Assembly (NCBI RefSeq): GCF_006345805.1
Contig: NC_042998.1
Span: forward strand, 106,144,001 to 106,208,000
DNA: 64,000 bases
From: Octopus sinensis
Taxonomy: Eukaryota
Reading direction: 5' to 3'
Shown: positions 12,988 through 26,675 of the stretch, in pieces
Layout: each line of letters begins with the position of its first letter
Numbering within the stretch: position 1 is the first letter of the stretch
Translations under genes and position numbers: made by a program
Notes under the pieces: model-generated
What the model was told of the DNA's origin: nothing
Database searches by the model: none
What the model saw: only the letters and a program-made list of their open reading frames with translations

Positions 12988-13784
12988 TGTATGAATGTAT
13001 GAATGTATGTATGTATGTATGTATATAGATATATATATTTCACACTATGCCTGTATACAAAGTGAGAGAGAAAAAAGAAAATGCATTTGTTGAATGAGTG
13101 CATGCATTCACATGTGTGACAAACTGACAGATATAGTCCTTATTGTTATAATATATTCATATATTCATACACACATGTATGCACAAACATCTTTTGTTCA
13201 ACAAACAACTTCAATGCCTATTAAGTATTTACAAAGTTAACAGGGGAAAGGAATGTACTACTTAATTTTATGCTAATCAAAATTGCTCTTCTCTTCCCAC
13301 TGTAAACCAGGTAGATGATTAGAGAATATGACTGGCTCAACAGTATATTGCTTATCATATTTTTGTCTTGCTTGATTAAGAAAACACAAATAAAGGAACA
13401 GTGTACCTAATTAGAAACATACACACATACAATAAACAATGCCAACGCCCATACACATACATTATACACTAGGTATGTGTGTGTGTATATATGTATCTAT
13501 GTATAGATAGATAGATAGATAGATAGATGTACATCTGTATGTAAATATATATGTATGAAAACAGAAAGAGAGAGAGAGAGAAAGAGAGACAAAGACAGAC
13601 AGACAGTTAGACAGATGTATAGAAAGCTAGTTAAAGATAATGCACACACATACATTTATATACACTTATAGGCATATGTATATATTTGTGTGCCTTAATG
13701 TACATACATATTCATTTGTATGTATATGTGTATGTGTGTTTAAATATATGATTGATTAAATATATGCTCATATGTATACATATA

Positions 13785-14750
13785 CATCATCATCATCGTT
13801 GTCGTTGTTTAATGTCTGCTTTCTATGCTGGCATGAGTTACATGGCTTGACTGAGGGCTAGCGAACCAGGACTGCACCAGGCTCCAATCTGATCTGGCAA
13901 AGTTTCTACAGGTGGATGCCCTTCCTAACGCCAACCACTCTGAGAGTAGAATGGGTGTTTTACATGTCACCAGCACAAGGGCCAATCAGGTGGTACTGGC
14001 ATCGACCAGCTCAGATGGTGCTTTTTATGTGCCACCTGCACAGGAGCCAGTCCCGTGGCACTGGCAACGACAACCTTCAAATGGCGTTTTTTACATGCCA
14101 CCGGCACAGGATCCACTCAGTGGCCCTGCCAACAATTATGCTCAAATAGTGCTTTTAACATTCCACTGGCACAGGTGCCAATCAGGCCTTACTGTCATTG
14201 GCCACATCAACGATTTCATTTGCCTCAACAGGTCTTTGCAAGCATAGTTTATTGTCCAATGATTGAAGGGTACTCTTAAATTGGCTGGTTATGCTGCACT
14301 GGCATAGGCCACGCTTATGGTCTCACTTGGCTTGCCGGGTCTTCTCAAGCACAGCATATCTCCAAAGGTTTTGGTCACTTGTCATTGCCCCAGTGAGGCC
14401 CAATGTTCAAAGGTTGTGCTTCACCACCTCATCCCAAGTTTTCTTGGGTCTACCTCTTCCACAGGTTCCCTCAACTGCTAGGATGTGACACTTTTTCACA
14501 CAGCTGTCCTCATCCATTCGCAACACATGACCATACCAGCGGACGTCTCTCTTGCACACCACATCTGATGCTTCTTAAGTCCAACTTTTCTCTCAGGGCA
14601 CTTACACTCTCGCATTACACATCCAGCGGAGCATACTGGCTTCATTCTTTGCAAGCTTACACATGTCCTCAGCAGTCATGGCCCATGTTTCACAGCCATG
14701 TAGCATGGCTCTTCGCATACATGTGATAGAGGCCAGCTGCCCTTCTGATG
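13785..14750 (-). mobile_element. RTE-clade LINE 3' fragment with (GAT)n tail
   Basis: The minus strand gives AMLHGCETWAMTAEDMCKLAKNEASMLRWMCN. Homologous to the 53.06-54.25 kb RTE; tail (CAT)n at 13786. Confidence 0.85.
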
Positions 14751-14759
14751 TGAATATAT

Positions 14760-15880
14760 TTCTTTGAAAATCAGTGAGAAAGAGGGTAACTACAGACAAC
14801 TGATTTGAAACCTTCATCACGTGTAACCAGATTATAAATTCCTGTTTGTGCACTTGGTTTTGTTACTAAATGCTTAAGTGACAACCTGGAAAACCTGCGT
14901 TTTTTCACCATCATACATCATTGACAACCCAGATCTCTTGCTGAACCTTAGCCTTGTACTCTTTAAAATCTTTCTCTAGCTTATCTGTTCATGTCCCAAC
15001 ACATAACAAGAGAGGAACTTGTCAAACAACTTTGTCATAAGTCCTTGATTTTCTTTGAACCAGTCCTGGTGTTTTCTTTCAATTAATCACAGCAGAAAGG
15101 AAACAGTTTCTTAGAGTTATTTACCAAAACTTACATAAGAATTGCCATTGTGATTTAGATCAATCACTTGAATTGTTTCTTGGTATTGTCCAAACTTTCC
15201 AGAGCAGTTTAATTTAGAGACATCAATCCACTTAGGTGCCTTTTTTGCCACCACACCTCAGCTCAGCTTCTTATAGCCTAAAATCACCAGGCAGGCACAC
15301 AGGAGCCTATGATCCATTTAACATTCAACCCATGTACCAGACAGATTTTGCATTCAATGAAGAATTACATAATTAAGAATGTGGCAGTGACCTGAATGTG
15401 AATGCTTTTAAGTAGCCTCTCATCTATCCTTTCCCTCAACCAAATATTGGTCATCACTAGACCTAACTCCTGACACAGCTGTAACAGGAGTAGCACATTT
15501 GCATTGACCTTCTCCATTCTGTGATTTTTGTTGCTACACCAAAGTTCAAAATTATGTCCTACACAAGTATCTAGGTCCCCTAGAAATACAAGTCTAAAAG
15601 GAATGGAATCTTAAGAGTTAGTCTTTTTGAGGATCTCATTTGTCCATAATAAAACTCAGTGATTTGTTGAACATTTATATTTCACCTGCATGAGTGAAGA
15701 ACTACCAGTTGCAGGATGCTGACCAGACTGGTAGTGCTGAGCTTTGTTTAGACTATATTCTGCCAGTACATGAGCAAAGCTATTCCTTAAAAGGTCTTCT
15801 CAGTCACTTAGGGTGCTGCAAAATCCTTTTATTGAAACATTTGAAAATGAAGTGGCCAATATCACAAGCTGCCTCCATGT
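14760..15880 (-). mobile_element. Highly degenerate RTE-like APE/linker fragment
   Basis: Minus-strand remnants HSGHCHILNYV...DHRLL...RKHQDWFKEN, typical of the RTE ORF after the endonuclease. Confidence 0.5.
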
Positions 15881-15890
15881 AGATTTGCAA

Positions 15891-16294
15891 CAAAGGTAGG
15901 TACCATTATTCAAAAAGTTAATTTCATTAACCGTTAATCCGTTAACTGAAAGTTAACTTTGATAGCTGTTAATAAGTTAATTATTTCCTAATATAATGGA
16001 AGTTATTGATAAACTGTTAACATTAATTTTTATTATAGAAAAAAACAAAAAATCAGTTTTTGCCATAAAGCTACCTAAAAACACCTTTAAGATGTGCCAA
16101 AACTTTAAAATTCGTTAACTTTAATTGAAGTTAACAGGAGTTAGCTGAAGTTGACTTGAGTTAATGGAAGTTAAATGTAACAGATGTTAATTAGTCTGAT
16201 AATGATTTCCAAAGTTAACTTAAAAGTTAAATCTTTAACGAAAAGGCTTTGTTAATTAATGATTAACTGATTAATGACTTGGTGCCCAGGTTTG
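15891..16294. mobile_element. hAT-like MITE with GTTAAC subterminal array
   Basis: Imperfect TIRs CAAAGGTAGGTACCA / TGGTGCCCAGGTTTG. The flanks ATTTGCAA / GTTAGCAA match 6/8 (old TSD). Many GTTAAC/GTTAA motifs. Confidence 0.6.
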
Positions 16295-17807
16295 GTTAGC
16301 AATTACATACTGCCAGCTTGTTAGGCCTTTATGATTCATTGCACTCCCATTGGCACGGCACTTTTTTTGTATATCATGTCCTGTTCTAAGAGTCCAAGAC
16401 GTTTTTGTATGTGAACTTGTTTTGAGTGAATAAAGAGTTGCACTGCACTGAAACCACTTTGTAAGTATGTATGTGTGCGTGTTTTGTGTATGGTTGATGA
16501 TGATGATGATGATATATATACTATCATCATCATCATCAACTATAACACTAGTGGCACAACAGGGATTGAAACAACCAGAAAACTAACTGCTCTTCTAGTT
16601 TTTATATAAGTTTATCTTCCCCTTGAAGGAGGTTCTAATGAGAACTAGGGGTCCTTTACTCCATATGGTCACGAGTTTCTCACCCCAGCTGTTGGATGGC
16701 CATGATAGGTTTTGATCCTCGTCCTGCAGGTTACTCAATAAAAACAGTCCTCCTTATCAAGCAGGCATAGATACAGACATTCATGCATGCATGTATACAT
16801 ACATATGTATCTACAGACACACACATGTACTTGAGTGCATACATATGTACATACGCATGTATGTATGTCTCTGTCTGTATGTGTTTATATATATATATAT
16901 CATTTTACATGTTCAACCTATGTATGCATAAAAAATGAATTCACTCATTTTACTAAGCCTACAGAGTTTCAACAGCTCCTGTCCAGCACAGCATCTTACC
17001 TCATGCTGTGATCACTTCTCATCTCCTTCTATAGATTCAGGTTCATGTTTGTAAAAGCTCAGTGTTGTCTTTTGCACACTACATCTGCTTCATCCTGTGC
17101 CCTTTCTTCTTTCTTCCATCTTTTAGTAACACTACACATCCAGAACAATATACTCACCTATTTTCTGTCAGTCTTTCTGCATCCACTCTGTTTAATGTGG
17201 ATATTTCGCTATTACACAACATCTTACTTTGAATATAAGCATCATAAAATGTGCCCTTAACTTTGATAGAAAATTCCAATTATTTCTAGCAGAGGTAATA
17301 GCTTCTTAAACTTTTGGCACTAATTGATACTCTGGCTACTATGGTTTTAGAACACAATATTTTATTTTTTATTTATATGATATTGACTCTATTGTATTTG
17401 ATTCATATTTAGTGTATGAATTTCTCCAACTGGTAAAATGTCCATTGACTAGATGTGATCAGTGATATGTTTCATAATGAAGATATTGTATCAACCATTC
17501 AGATACCGGTTAGTATTCCTTTACTTGTTTCAGTCATGCTGGGGCACGACCTTGAAGGGTTTAGTCAATCTAAACCAGTTGAAGTCAATAATCTTTGCAT
17601 GTCAGTAATGGATGGGCAATGAGCAATTCAGAGATGGAGTTATCTATATTTTGTTAATCAGGCAGTTTATTACATGGAAAAAAATTCTGTACAACTTTTT
17701 AACCTCTGGATGAGATTTAAAAAATCTGATCCTGGAGTTATTTTCCGTAGGAGTGACAGTGTCATATTATCCATTTAATGTTTTGATAAGTTAATCAAAA
17801 TAAGTAG

Positions 17808-18176
17808 TAACAAGAGCACTCAGAGAGCGCAAACCTCCACCAAGACAATACCAACGTCCTCTCAATGATTAGTCAGAGATGATTTTCAGAATGAGAATAT
17901 CTTAAATAAACTCAACTGCTCTCACAAACGAAAGTACTAAAAATGAACCCAACTACTCTCAAAAGTTAAGTAAAAAAAAGGGAAAATAATCCAGAATCCT
18001 TATCTGGCACTGGATCAATCCCAAAATCTAATCCATTCATGCCAGTTACAACGCCAAACATCCCAACAAGTTTAATCTGAATCCATCTAGTGGTTCTTAA
18101 GATATCTTGTCCACAGACAAACAAACAAACACAACTGAAAACAATATCTCTGCCTTTGCTAAGGTGGAGGTAATAA
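17808..18176 (-). mobile_element. Helentron-associated element (HINE/DINE-1-like)
   Basis: Sub-terminal inverted repeats ACCTCCACC / GGTGGAGGT, a terminal hairpin GCACTC-AGA-GAGCGC and an internal (AAAC)n/GACA repeat. Confidence 0.7.
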
Positions 18177-18325
18177 TACTGGAAGTTGAGCCTTTCAACT
18201 TGCTGAAATATCTCTCTTTCTCCAGGAATATGTGGCCTTATGCCAGTATCAGAAATCTGAATTATTTGACCAGCCACATGTCTTATAATCTCATAGGTAA
18301 TTAAAGGTCTGTATATATATATATA

Positions 18326-21300
18326 TGATTTTGATTTTTTGATTTTGATTTTTCCAGTTTCAGCTTATGAGCTGTGGCCATGCTGGGGCACCGCCATTTG
18401 GTGTTGCTACTTGGTTTCACTTCATGAAGGCTTTCTAGCAGCTGCTATTTGGTGCATGAGAGAGTTCGATGCAGCTGCCCTCATCTGCCCCTCCTGCCGT
18501 GAAGTTGGTTCATCTGGGACACCTGACAGGAAGAGATCCAGCTTCATTTTAAAGACATCTGTATCCACCCCATGCAGGTCTCTCAGGTTCTTCGGGAGGA
18601 TATTGAAGAGCTGTGGGCCTCGGAAGCCCAGGCTATCACAGAATCTTGTCCTACATCTTGATGGCAAGTTTGGAGTCCTAGGCACCACGCAGTGGCGCCC
18701 AGTTCTGGCATTTGCGTAACTCTCGATGCCAAAGTTCAGGACACTTCCCTCCAGGATCTTCCAGATGTATATTATGGCATATCTTTCCCGCCTACGCTCC
18801 AGGGAATATAATTTTAATTTCCTGAGTCTTTCCCAGTAGCTTACATTCTGCATAGAGGCTATCTTCTTCGTGTAGCTACGTTGGATCGCCTCGAGCTCTG
18901 TGATCAACTTGACACTGGATGGTGACCATAACTGAGAGCAGTAGTCAAAGTGGCTTAGGACAAGTGTCCTCCAGAGGACCATCATGGTTTCTTGTTCTCT
19001 TGTTCTAAAGGTTCTGAGGATCCATCCGGCCAGTCGTCTACATTTCATTGCCAATTTAGCAACATGTACACGAAAGGTCGCGTCATCACTCATGTAAATA
19101 CCTAGGTCACGCACTGATTGTGCCTCTGGGATTGCTATTCCTCCGGGTCCAGTGTATTCATTGGGTATTGCATTTAGTTTTGCATGCTGATAGTATAGAG
19201 CTTGAAACTTTTCAGCATTGAACTGCATGCTATTCTTTTCGGCCCACTTGTATATTTTGTCTAGCTCACATTGCAGGTGTTAGTGTCCTCAGGGTTCTGT
19301 ATTGCCTGTGAAACTTTTGTATCATCTGCATAACTTATGATTGTGGCTCTCTGCGTGGCTGAGGGCATGTCTGAGAGGCCATTATGAACAGTAGTGGTCC
19401 CAGAACAGTGCCCTGCGGAACACCGCTCACTATTTGCGTGTTAATGGAAGTGGCCCCATTGGCCACTACCACCTGACTTCTATCTTTCAGAAAGTCATGA
19501 AGCCATTCTCCCAGTTTTCCAACTATGTTGAGATCACGCAGTTTGTGACATATCATTCCATGATCGACTTTATCAAAGGCCTTTGCAAAGTTGAGATATA
19601 TCACTTCCACATTTGAGTGGTTGAGCAGCCGTTTCAGCACCCAGTCATAGTGTTGTAGGAGCTGAGATAAACAGCTTCTCCCTGGTCGGAAACCATGTTG
19701 GGTGTCGGGCAGCAAGTCATTTTCTTCAAGGAAGGTGATCAGCTTCCTTCTGACTATTCGTTCCATGACCTTGCTGATGTGTGAGGTCAGAGAGATAGGT
19801 CTATAGTTCTTGGCTTCCGCTCTGCTACCTCCTTTATGAATGGGGCATGTTTTACCTTCCTTCAGTTTTCTTGGAAGTTTGCCAGCTGCAAGGAAGCTCT
19901 GAAAGAGGAACTGCAGTGGTCTTGCTAGGACTCTCTTACATGCTTTTAGGAGGATTGCCGGGAATCCATCGGGGCCAGTAGCTGAGTCTGTTTTCATTTC
20001 ATCTATAGCCTTGATTACATCGTCTTCCTTTATATCGATGTAATCTATCGTCGCCGCCTCTGATTTTATATCTGCAGTGGTAAAAAAGTCAGTTGGATTG
20101 GTGATTTGGAGATGCCCAAGGGGTGGAGTGAAAACACTCTTGAATTGCTCATTCAGTATTTCACTTACCCTCATTGGTTTTCCTGTAAGTGTGCCATCCT
20201 TTTCGAGGAGTGGCCCTATTCTACAGTGCACCGTAGCTGTTTCTTTGGCATACCTGTAGAAAGCTCTGGGGTTAGATTTTATGTTGTCTATAGCCCAGGC
20301 TTCTTTGTCTGCTCTTTCCTTTTCATGGGAGAGTTTCAGACATTTTTCGATTCCAACAGTTTTATTTTTAGGCGGGACTTTTCACTGCTTCAATCTGTTT
20401 GTTTAGGCGATTTGAAAATTTTGTACGCCGTCTCATTAGAATTTTCCTCTCTCTGGGGATTTTGTTCTTGTGTACAGTGGCCTTTCTCTCTGGGACATAT
20501 TTGTAGCATATGGCTTGCATTACAGACATGAATTGTTGAAGTTTCACGTCGATGTCTGGCGAGGAGAGACATTTAGGCCAGTTTTGTTTGAGGATCTCTT
20601 TCTCAATTTGTTTCCAGTTTGCCTTATGGTAGTTCAAGCTGGAAAGATTCTGGGGGTTTCTTGTAGGCTGCATGTCCGTGCTCTCTTTTGGCCCGTACAT
20701 GGTCAGCTCTATCATGTTGTGATCCGAGAGTAGTGTCGGTGTCACTTTCACATTATGGATGAGATCCATGTCATTTGTGAAGCAGAGATCCAGTGTGTTA
20801 CCTGCCCTGGTTGGTTGGAGTATTACCTGCTCCATGTACAGGGTGTTGATGAGGTTCAGGAGGGACCTCGCCTGTCCTCGTTCACATCTTGTCATTCCTG
20901 GGAGAGAAAGGCCCTCGGGCCATCTGACATTTGGCAGATTGAAGTCTCCCATAAGAAGTACACTTATGTGTTGTTCTAATGTGGTTAGAACTTCTTCTAT
21001 TTTTATAAGGCAGTCTTCAAACTTGCCCACATGGCTTGGGGCATCTGGAGGGCGGTATGTAGCACACACAACTACATCAAGTTGCCTAATATGTACAATT
21101 AGGTGTCACACACCGAGTTTGAGTATGACAAGAGGACCTGGGGTGTGAGGTCCTCACGGATGTACATAGCAACACCTCCATGACTCCTTTCTTTCCTGTC
21201 GGTCCGTAGTACAGCATACTGTGGTATGTGTAACTCCGCATCTGCTATATCCGGTTTCAGGTGCGTTTCCGTTAGTGCTATGCATAAGGCTTGATTGCAT

Positions 21301-21457
21301 GCAGCAAAATCTCTCAGGAACGGGATTTTTGTCCTGTTACTGAGTGTTTGCAGTCCTCTGATGTTCAGTAGGAGCATCGAGGTGAGGTGTACGTTGTTGC
21401 CGGTGGTGTCCATCCTGGGTCTGTTTGCTGTGGTGGTGGTCTGGTATATAGTCTGGT
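18326..21457 (-). mobile_element. CR1-group LINE, near-complete ORF2 (APE + RT), frameshifted, no ORF1
   Basis: APE: LLNIRGL, ALTETHL, RTDRKERSHGGVAMYI, YRPPD, MGDFNLP, LDLCFTN, SDHNMI. RT: GPDGFP, YRPISLTS, QHGFRPGRSC, AKAFDKVDH, GVPQGTVLGPLLF, SYADDTK (~19312-19335). C-terminus: YWERLRKLKLYSLERRRER. The 3' tail is (AAAATC)n. Confidence 0.95.
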
Positions 21458-21460
21458 ATA

Positions 21461-21491
<31 letters not shown>

Positions 21492-21556
21492 ATATAAATA
21501 TAAGAGAGTGGTCACTATATTGCTCACTCTAGCACCAGTTAATCCAAAATGCTGCA

Positions 21557-21879
<323 letters not shown>

Positions 21880-22149
21880 ATAGATGCAAATAAAAAAAAG
21901 TTGAAAGATCTGTATTCAAGATATCACCTTAATTCATTTTGGAAAACGCTGGAACAAAGACGTTGTTGGAAATCATAACAAATGGAAACAATGTGTTCTA
22001 GTTGTAGCAGACACATTACAGATAAGATTTGTTGTAGCAGAATGACACCAAATATCAACTGCTAGAAACTGTGGGCATGTACACTAGAAGAAAACGGAGA
22101 TGAAGAGGAATGAAATTACTGAAATGAAGGAAAGAAAAGATAAAAATAT

Positions 22150-24490
22150 AGTATTCATAAAGCAGGAACAATAAATCTGATATTGTTGGCAATCCAGGGA
22201 AAACTTAAAAATACACCATCATAACTTGCACTAACAATTGTCCTCATCTTGTTATGAGAGATATTGGATGAATAAATGGAAGAAACCTTCAAAGAGATAT
22301 AGAAGACTACCTGAACTTGATAGGCTTTGGAAAAGTTTCTAAGTTTAAAAGTATTTTGAGTACACAGAAGTGAAGATAAAATATCATGTGAAACCAGACA
22401 AAATGTTTTGAAACCAATACACCTGAGTAAATGATTGTTATCAATCAATACAATTGGGCAAATGATTAATATATATCATTATCATCAATCAGAACTGTGA
22501 CAAAATATTTGTGAGAGATCTTTTATCTTTCACTTGTTTCAGAGAAATTTTTAATCAAATGAATTGAATGAACCAACTCCAGTACTTATTTTTAAAAACT
22601 CGGTACTTATTCTATTGATCTCTTTTGCTGAACTGCTAGTGGAATATAACAGCCCTTTAAATTCCTTCAAACATTTTTTTCTTACTGGTAAAGAGATTCA
22701 GACATGATTTCTTCACACTGAACAAGTATGGACATAAGTCAATTAGAGAAGTAAAAATCTTATTAGAATAAAAAGATTTACTAATGAGGAATTAACCAGA
22801 TTCATATAGTTTTAAATAGTAATGTAGTGTATACTAACTAATCAGATTATACAAACTCTATATAGAGGACCAAGGGTATAAAAAAACTCAGTGCATCAGT
22901 TATGACACAGAAAATGTTTAGAGATGATGTGATAACCATCTAAATTAAAGAAAACTCAAAGGTACATTAAAATAAAATAAGTAGACAAGTTAAGACCTTT
23001 AAGAAGGATGGGAAGAAGAATAGATGAAAATACATCCAGATGGATCTTTTAAATTAGAAATGAATATAATTAAAGGAGTAAGGATTTTGCTTGAATAGTT
23101 CTTGAATGCCAAACATTAGGGTTATATAGTTAAAGCTAAAATAGATACAATTGAGTAGACAGTCTAGCTAGAGTTATAAAAGGTCTAGGTAGACCAATAG
23201 AAGCACATAGAAATATTAGAAATAGCTTAAAATCTCTAATAGATCAAGAATGAAATTGTGATCCAAAATCCAAATAAATCAGAGAATATTTCCGAGATGA
23301 CAAGTGAAGGCTGATGTTGATAGACCTCAACGCCTACCTGAACTGTCTACATCATTGATCAAGTCCAAGCATGTATTATTCTTGGGAAAATAGTGCAAGA
23401 TAATCTTCATGTATAGAGAAAAACCATTGAGTTGGTTGGGTTAAAACCTGGCTTCAATGTACTTTAAATTTGCTTAGAATAGCCAAAAGTCTTCAACAGA
23501 ATAAAAAAAAATCAATAAATAAATAATTGAAGCAAGTTCTTCAAGTATTTGTAGCTCAAACTGACTTTCCTATAATTGATGTATGGCAGGAGAATTTCTT
23601 TCCTTCTAGAAAATGATATTTTCTTAAATAAATTAAGAATTAAAATATCAATTCATGAAGAATAACTATTCCCATCACTTTTACATGCACAGTCATTAGA
23701 AATACTACTGAATAAAATAGATGTATTAAGCTGGATTCCTCTTTGATTGGTATGTCAAACAGTAAGATGGGATTAAGTAAATCATATGACTATTATGGTA
23801 AGTTTTCTATCAGGCATTGATGTTGTAGTTACCAAATTAAAAGAATGCAAAAATGTATCAACAGCGAAATTCATTCCAGAAAAATCCATTCAGTTGTTTC
23901 TGAGTATTCAGGAAAAAATATCCATGCAATTAGATGTGCTTAGGTAAACCAATAAAGCTACTGGAATTTTTTTACTTGAATCTAACTTTCATATGAACAA
24001 AACTTGGATGGAGGCATCAGACAGAATTGTGGAACTGATCAATCATTTGGCCAAGAGGTCATTTTAATTAGAAGGTCAAGCTATCATAAATGCATACATA
24101 ACCTTCAAAACCTGATCCCAGTTGTCTGTTGCTCCCAACTCAGATAAAAACACTGATCTTTATGAAGCTTTTACAGTTTTTATAGAATAGACATCCTTTA
24201 GTCAGTGGTTCCAATATAGACTGAAGCCACTAAATTTAAACATGTAAAGGATGCATTAAGGGTGAGAGATATGTAGATAAACAAGCAATAAACAGTACAG
24301 TACTCTAAGGAGAAGAGTTTCTGTTAATCAGAGATATTGTTGTCAACCAGGTGCAAGAAATTTATTTAGCGGAACAGTAAAAATCTGCAAGACATTTCTC
24401 TCAAGTTCAACATACGACTTTGTTTTCATTATCTACATTCCAATGATGGAGCTTTGTATCTTTGTTAGAAGCCAGTTCCTTCTTTACATA
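22150..24490 (+). mobile_element. Ancient L1/Tx1-clade LINE ORF2 remnant
   Basis: Plus-strand remnants occur in L1/Tx1 order: a GPGYWKLN-like motif (~22867), IIDQVQACIILGKIVQDNLH...PKVFNRI (~23350-23500), and a W..R.L.LEG...IINAY-like motif (~24050). Many stops. Confidence 0.5.
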
Positions 24491-24810
24491 AAAGACATCA
24501 AATTTTTTAAAACAGAAGATACATAAACAGGTAGACAGACAAATAGATACAATGGGCTTCTGCACATGTTTCGTCTACTTCATTTTATTCATAAGTTAGT
24601 AGTCTATCTGTGGTTATGGTAGATGTTTACACAGTAACTACACAGACATGCATTCAGTGTTAGTCACTGGTATAATACATGAAGAGACCCAGTAAGTCTC
24701 TCAGAAAAATGAATTTTGCTAAAAATTGAACTATGAGGTATTCATACAAACAGTCTCTCTCTCTCTCTCTCTCTCCCTCTCTCTCCCTCTCTCTCTCCCT
24801 CTCTCTCTCC

Positions 24811-24853
<43 letters not shown>

Positions 24854-26084
24854 GTGTGGACAACATGGCTGAAAAGTAATTATGACCTACAAGTTCTTCT
24901 CTTGAAACTAAATTTCTTTCAAGGAGACAAAAAGAATTAGACAAGTGTTCCCCTAACATAATATAGTAAAACTTGGATGACCATAACCAAATTGGCTTTG
25001 ATGCTGTTAGTTGAGAGGAGCACCTCAATGCAGCACATCACTCGTATATATTCATTAACCCTTGGGCGGTTAAAAGGTAAACTCATCTCTGAATGGGTTA
25101 AGGTCGTGCTGGTACTGATACTGGTGGTGGTGGTGGTTGGTGGTGGTGGTGGTGGTTGGTGGTGGTGATGGTGGTGGTGGTGGTGGTGGTGGTAACCACA
25201 GGTCAGTCTTGATTGAACAGACTTAAGCCATCTGATCAACAAATATCAGATTTCTTCTTCTTGTATTTTTCTACTATAGTGTACCATAAACTACTGAAAA
25301 ACTGTATGCATTATTTAAGATGACAGAGTATGGCTTCAGGGAGATTTGGCTGCTACTACCAGGTCAAGCAACTGTATAGATGTTTTTTATTGGCTTGTTG
25401 AGTTCCAGCATTTACACTGAGGTTGATTCTAAGCAATGCACCTCTCACTCATTCACACTACCCATCCACCCACTTTTACAGAAACTCACCTTGTATTAAG
25501 TCAAAAGAAATCACTATGAAACGTTCATAACTGTAGTAGATCTTTCAAAAAATCCTATGTAATATTTATAAAAACGTAAAACTTTCTATTGAAGTGAACA
25601 ACAAAACCAAAACTAAATTATAAAAAGAATAAGATCTGTATAAATAACAGAAATAACATGAAAAATAACTGAGACAGTGTCAAAGATGGTGGAAATATTA
25701 AAACATTTACAAGAATGTTTAGTTTATAGAGAAAAAAAAAACACAGGATGTGTTGGATACATACTGTGATATAATGTTAAATAAATAATGCCTCCAACAA
25801 TATTAAAAAATAAAATAAGGATATAATAGATACCAAAATGAAAGAGATATAACAACCTAAAGGAATAATAAATAAAACATGAAATATAAGAAAATATAAG
25901 CCAAATGGTTTCAGTCAGGTATTTCCAGCTTTGTTTTTTGTTGCATTTTTTTGGAGGAGGAGAGACTTTCTTGTTTTCTTTAGTTATTTATTTTTCAACT
26001 TGATTTGGTTTTTTTTTTATCTCTTTTATCATTTTACTTGCTTCTGGAGTTGGACTATGGCCATGTCAGAACACTGCTTTTCTT

Positions 26085-26310
26085 TCTTTTATTCTTTTAT
26101 TTGTTTCAGTTATTTGACTGTGGCCATGCTGGAGCACCACCTTGAAGGGTTTTAGCTGAATGAATCAACACCCGGGCTTATTTTAAAAGCCTAGTATTTA
26201 TTCTATCGGTTTTTTCTGCCAGAGAGCCAAGTTAAGGGGACATAAACATGCCAGCACTGGTTGTCAAGCAGTGATGGGGGAACAAACGCAGACACAAAGA
26301 TTCACATACA
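26085..26310 (-). mobile_element. SINE family A, 3' half
   Basis: TTTCAGTTATTTGACTGTGGCCATGCTGGAGCACCACC...GGTTGTCAAGC. Confidence 0.8.
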
Positions 26311-26319
26311 TAGACAGCA

Positions 26320-26675
26320 GCACCATAGTCAACTGCTACAAAGGTAAAGGTAAAGCTTTAGATAGAAATAACTACAGGGAGTATCAAATTATTGGATCAG
26401 GTGATGAAAGTTACAGAGAGGGTCATAGCCCAACTAATTAGGGAGAGAGTTAGCCTAGATGAGATGCAGTTTGGTTTTGTGCCAAGCAGAAGCCCCACTG
26501 ATGCTATATCTCTGGTAAGGCAACTGCAGCAGAAATATCTAGCCAAAGATAAACCTCTGTACTTGGCTTTTATTGACTTTGAGGAAGCTTTTGACAGGGT
26601 TCCCCAATCCCTTATCTGGTGATCAATGTGGAATCTGGGGATAGACAAGTGGTTGGTAAGAGCTGTACAAGCTGT
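26320..26675 (+). mobile_element. RTE LINE RT fragment
   Basis: DQVMKVTERVIAQLIRERVSLDEMQFGFVP...LYLAFIDFEEAFDRVP (RT domains 2-3). Confidence 0.9.

Noticed and set aside
13960-14190. Regularly spaced short repeats resembling a CRISPR array
   Set aside because: Eukaryotic context. The spacers are themselves homologous degenerate tandem units in an RTE 3' UTR, and there are no cas genes.
25055-25100. TTAACCCT...GGGTTAA mini piggyBac-like stretch
   Set aside because: Too short (~45 bp) to distinguish from chance.
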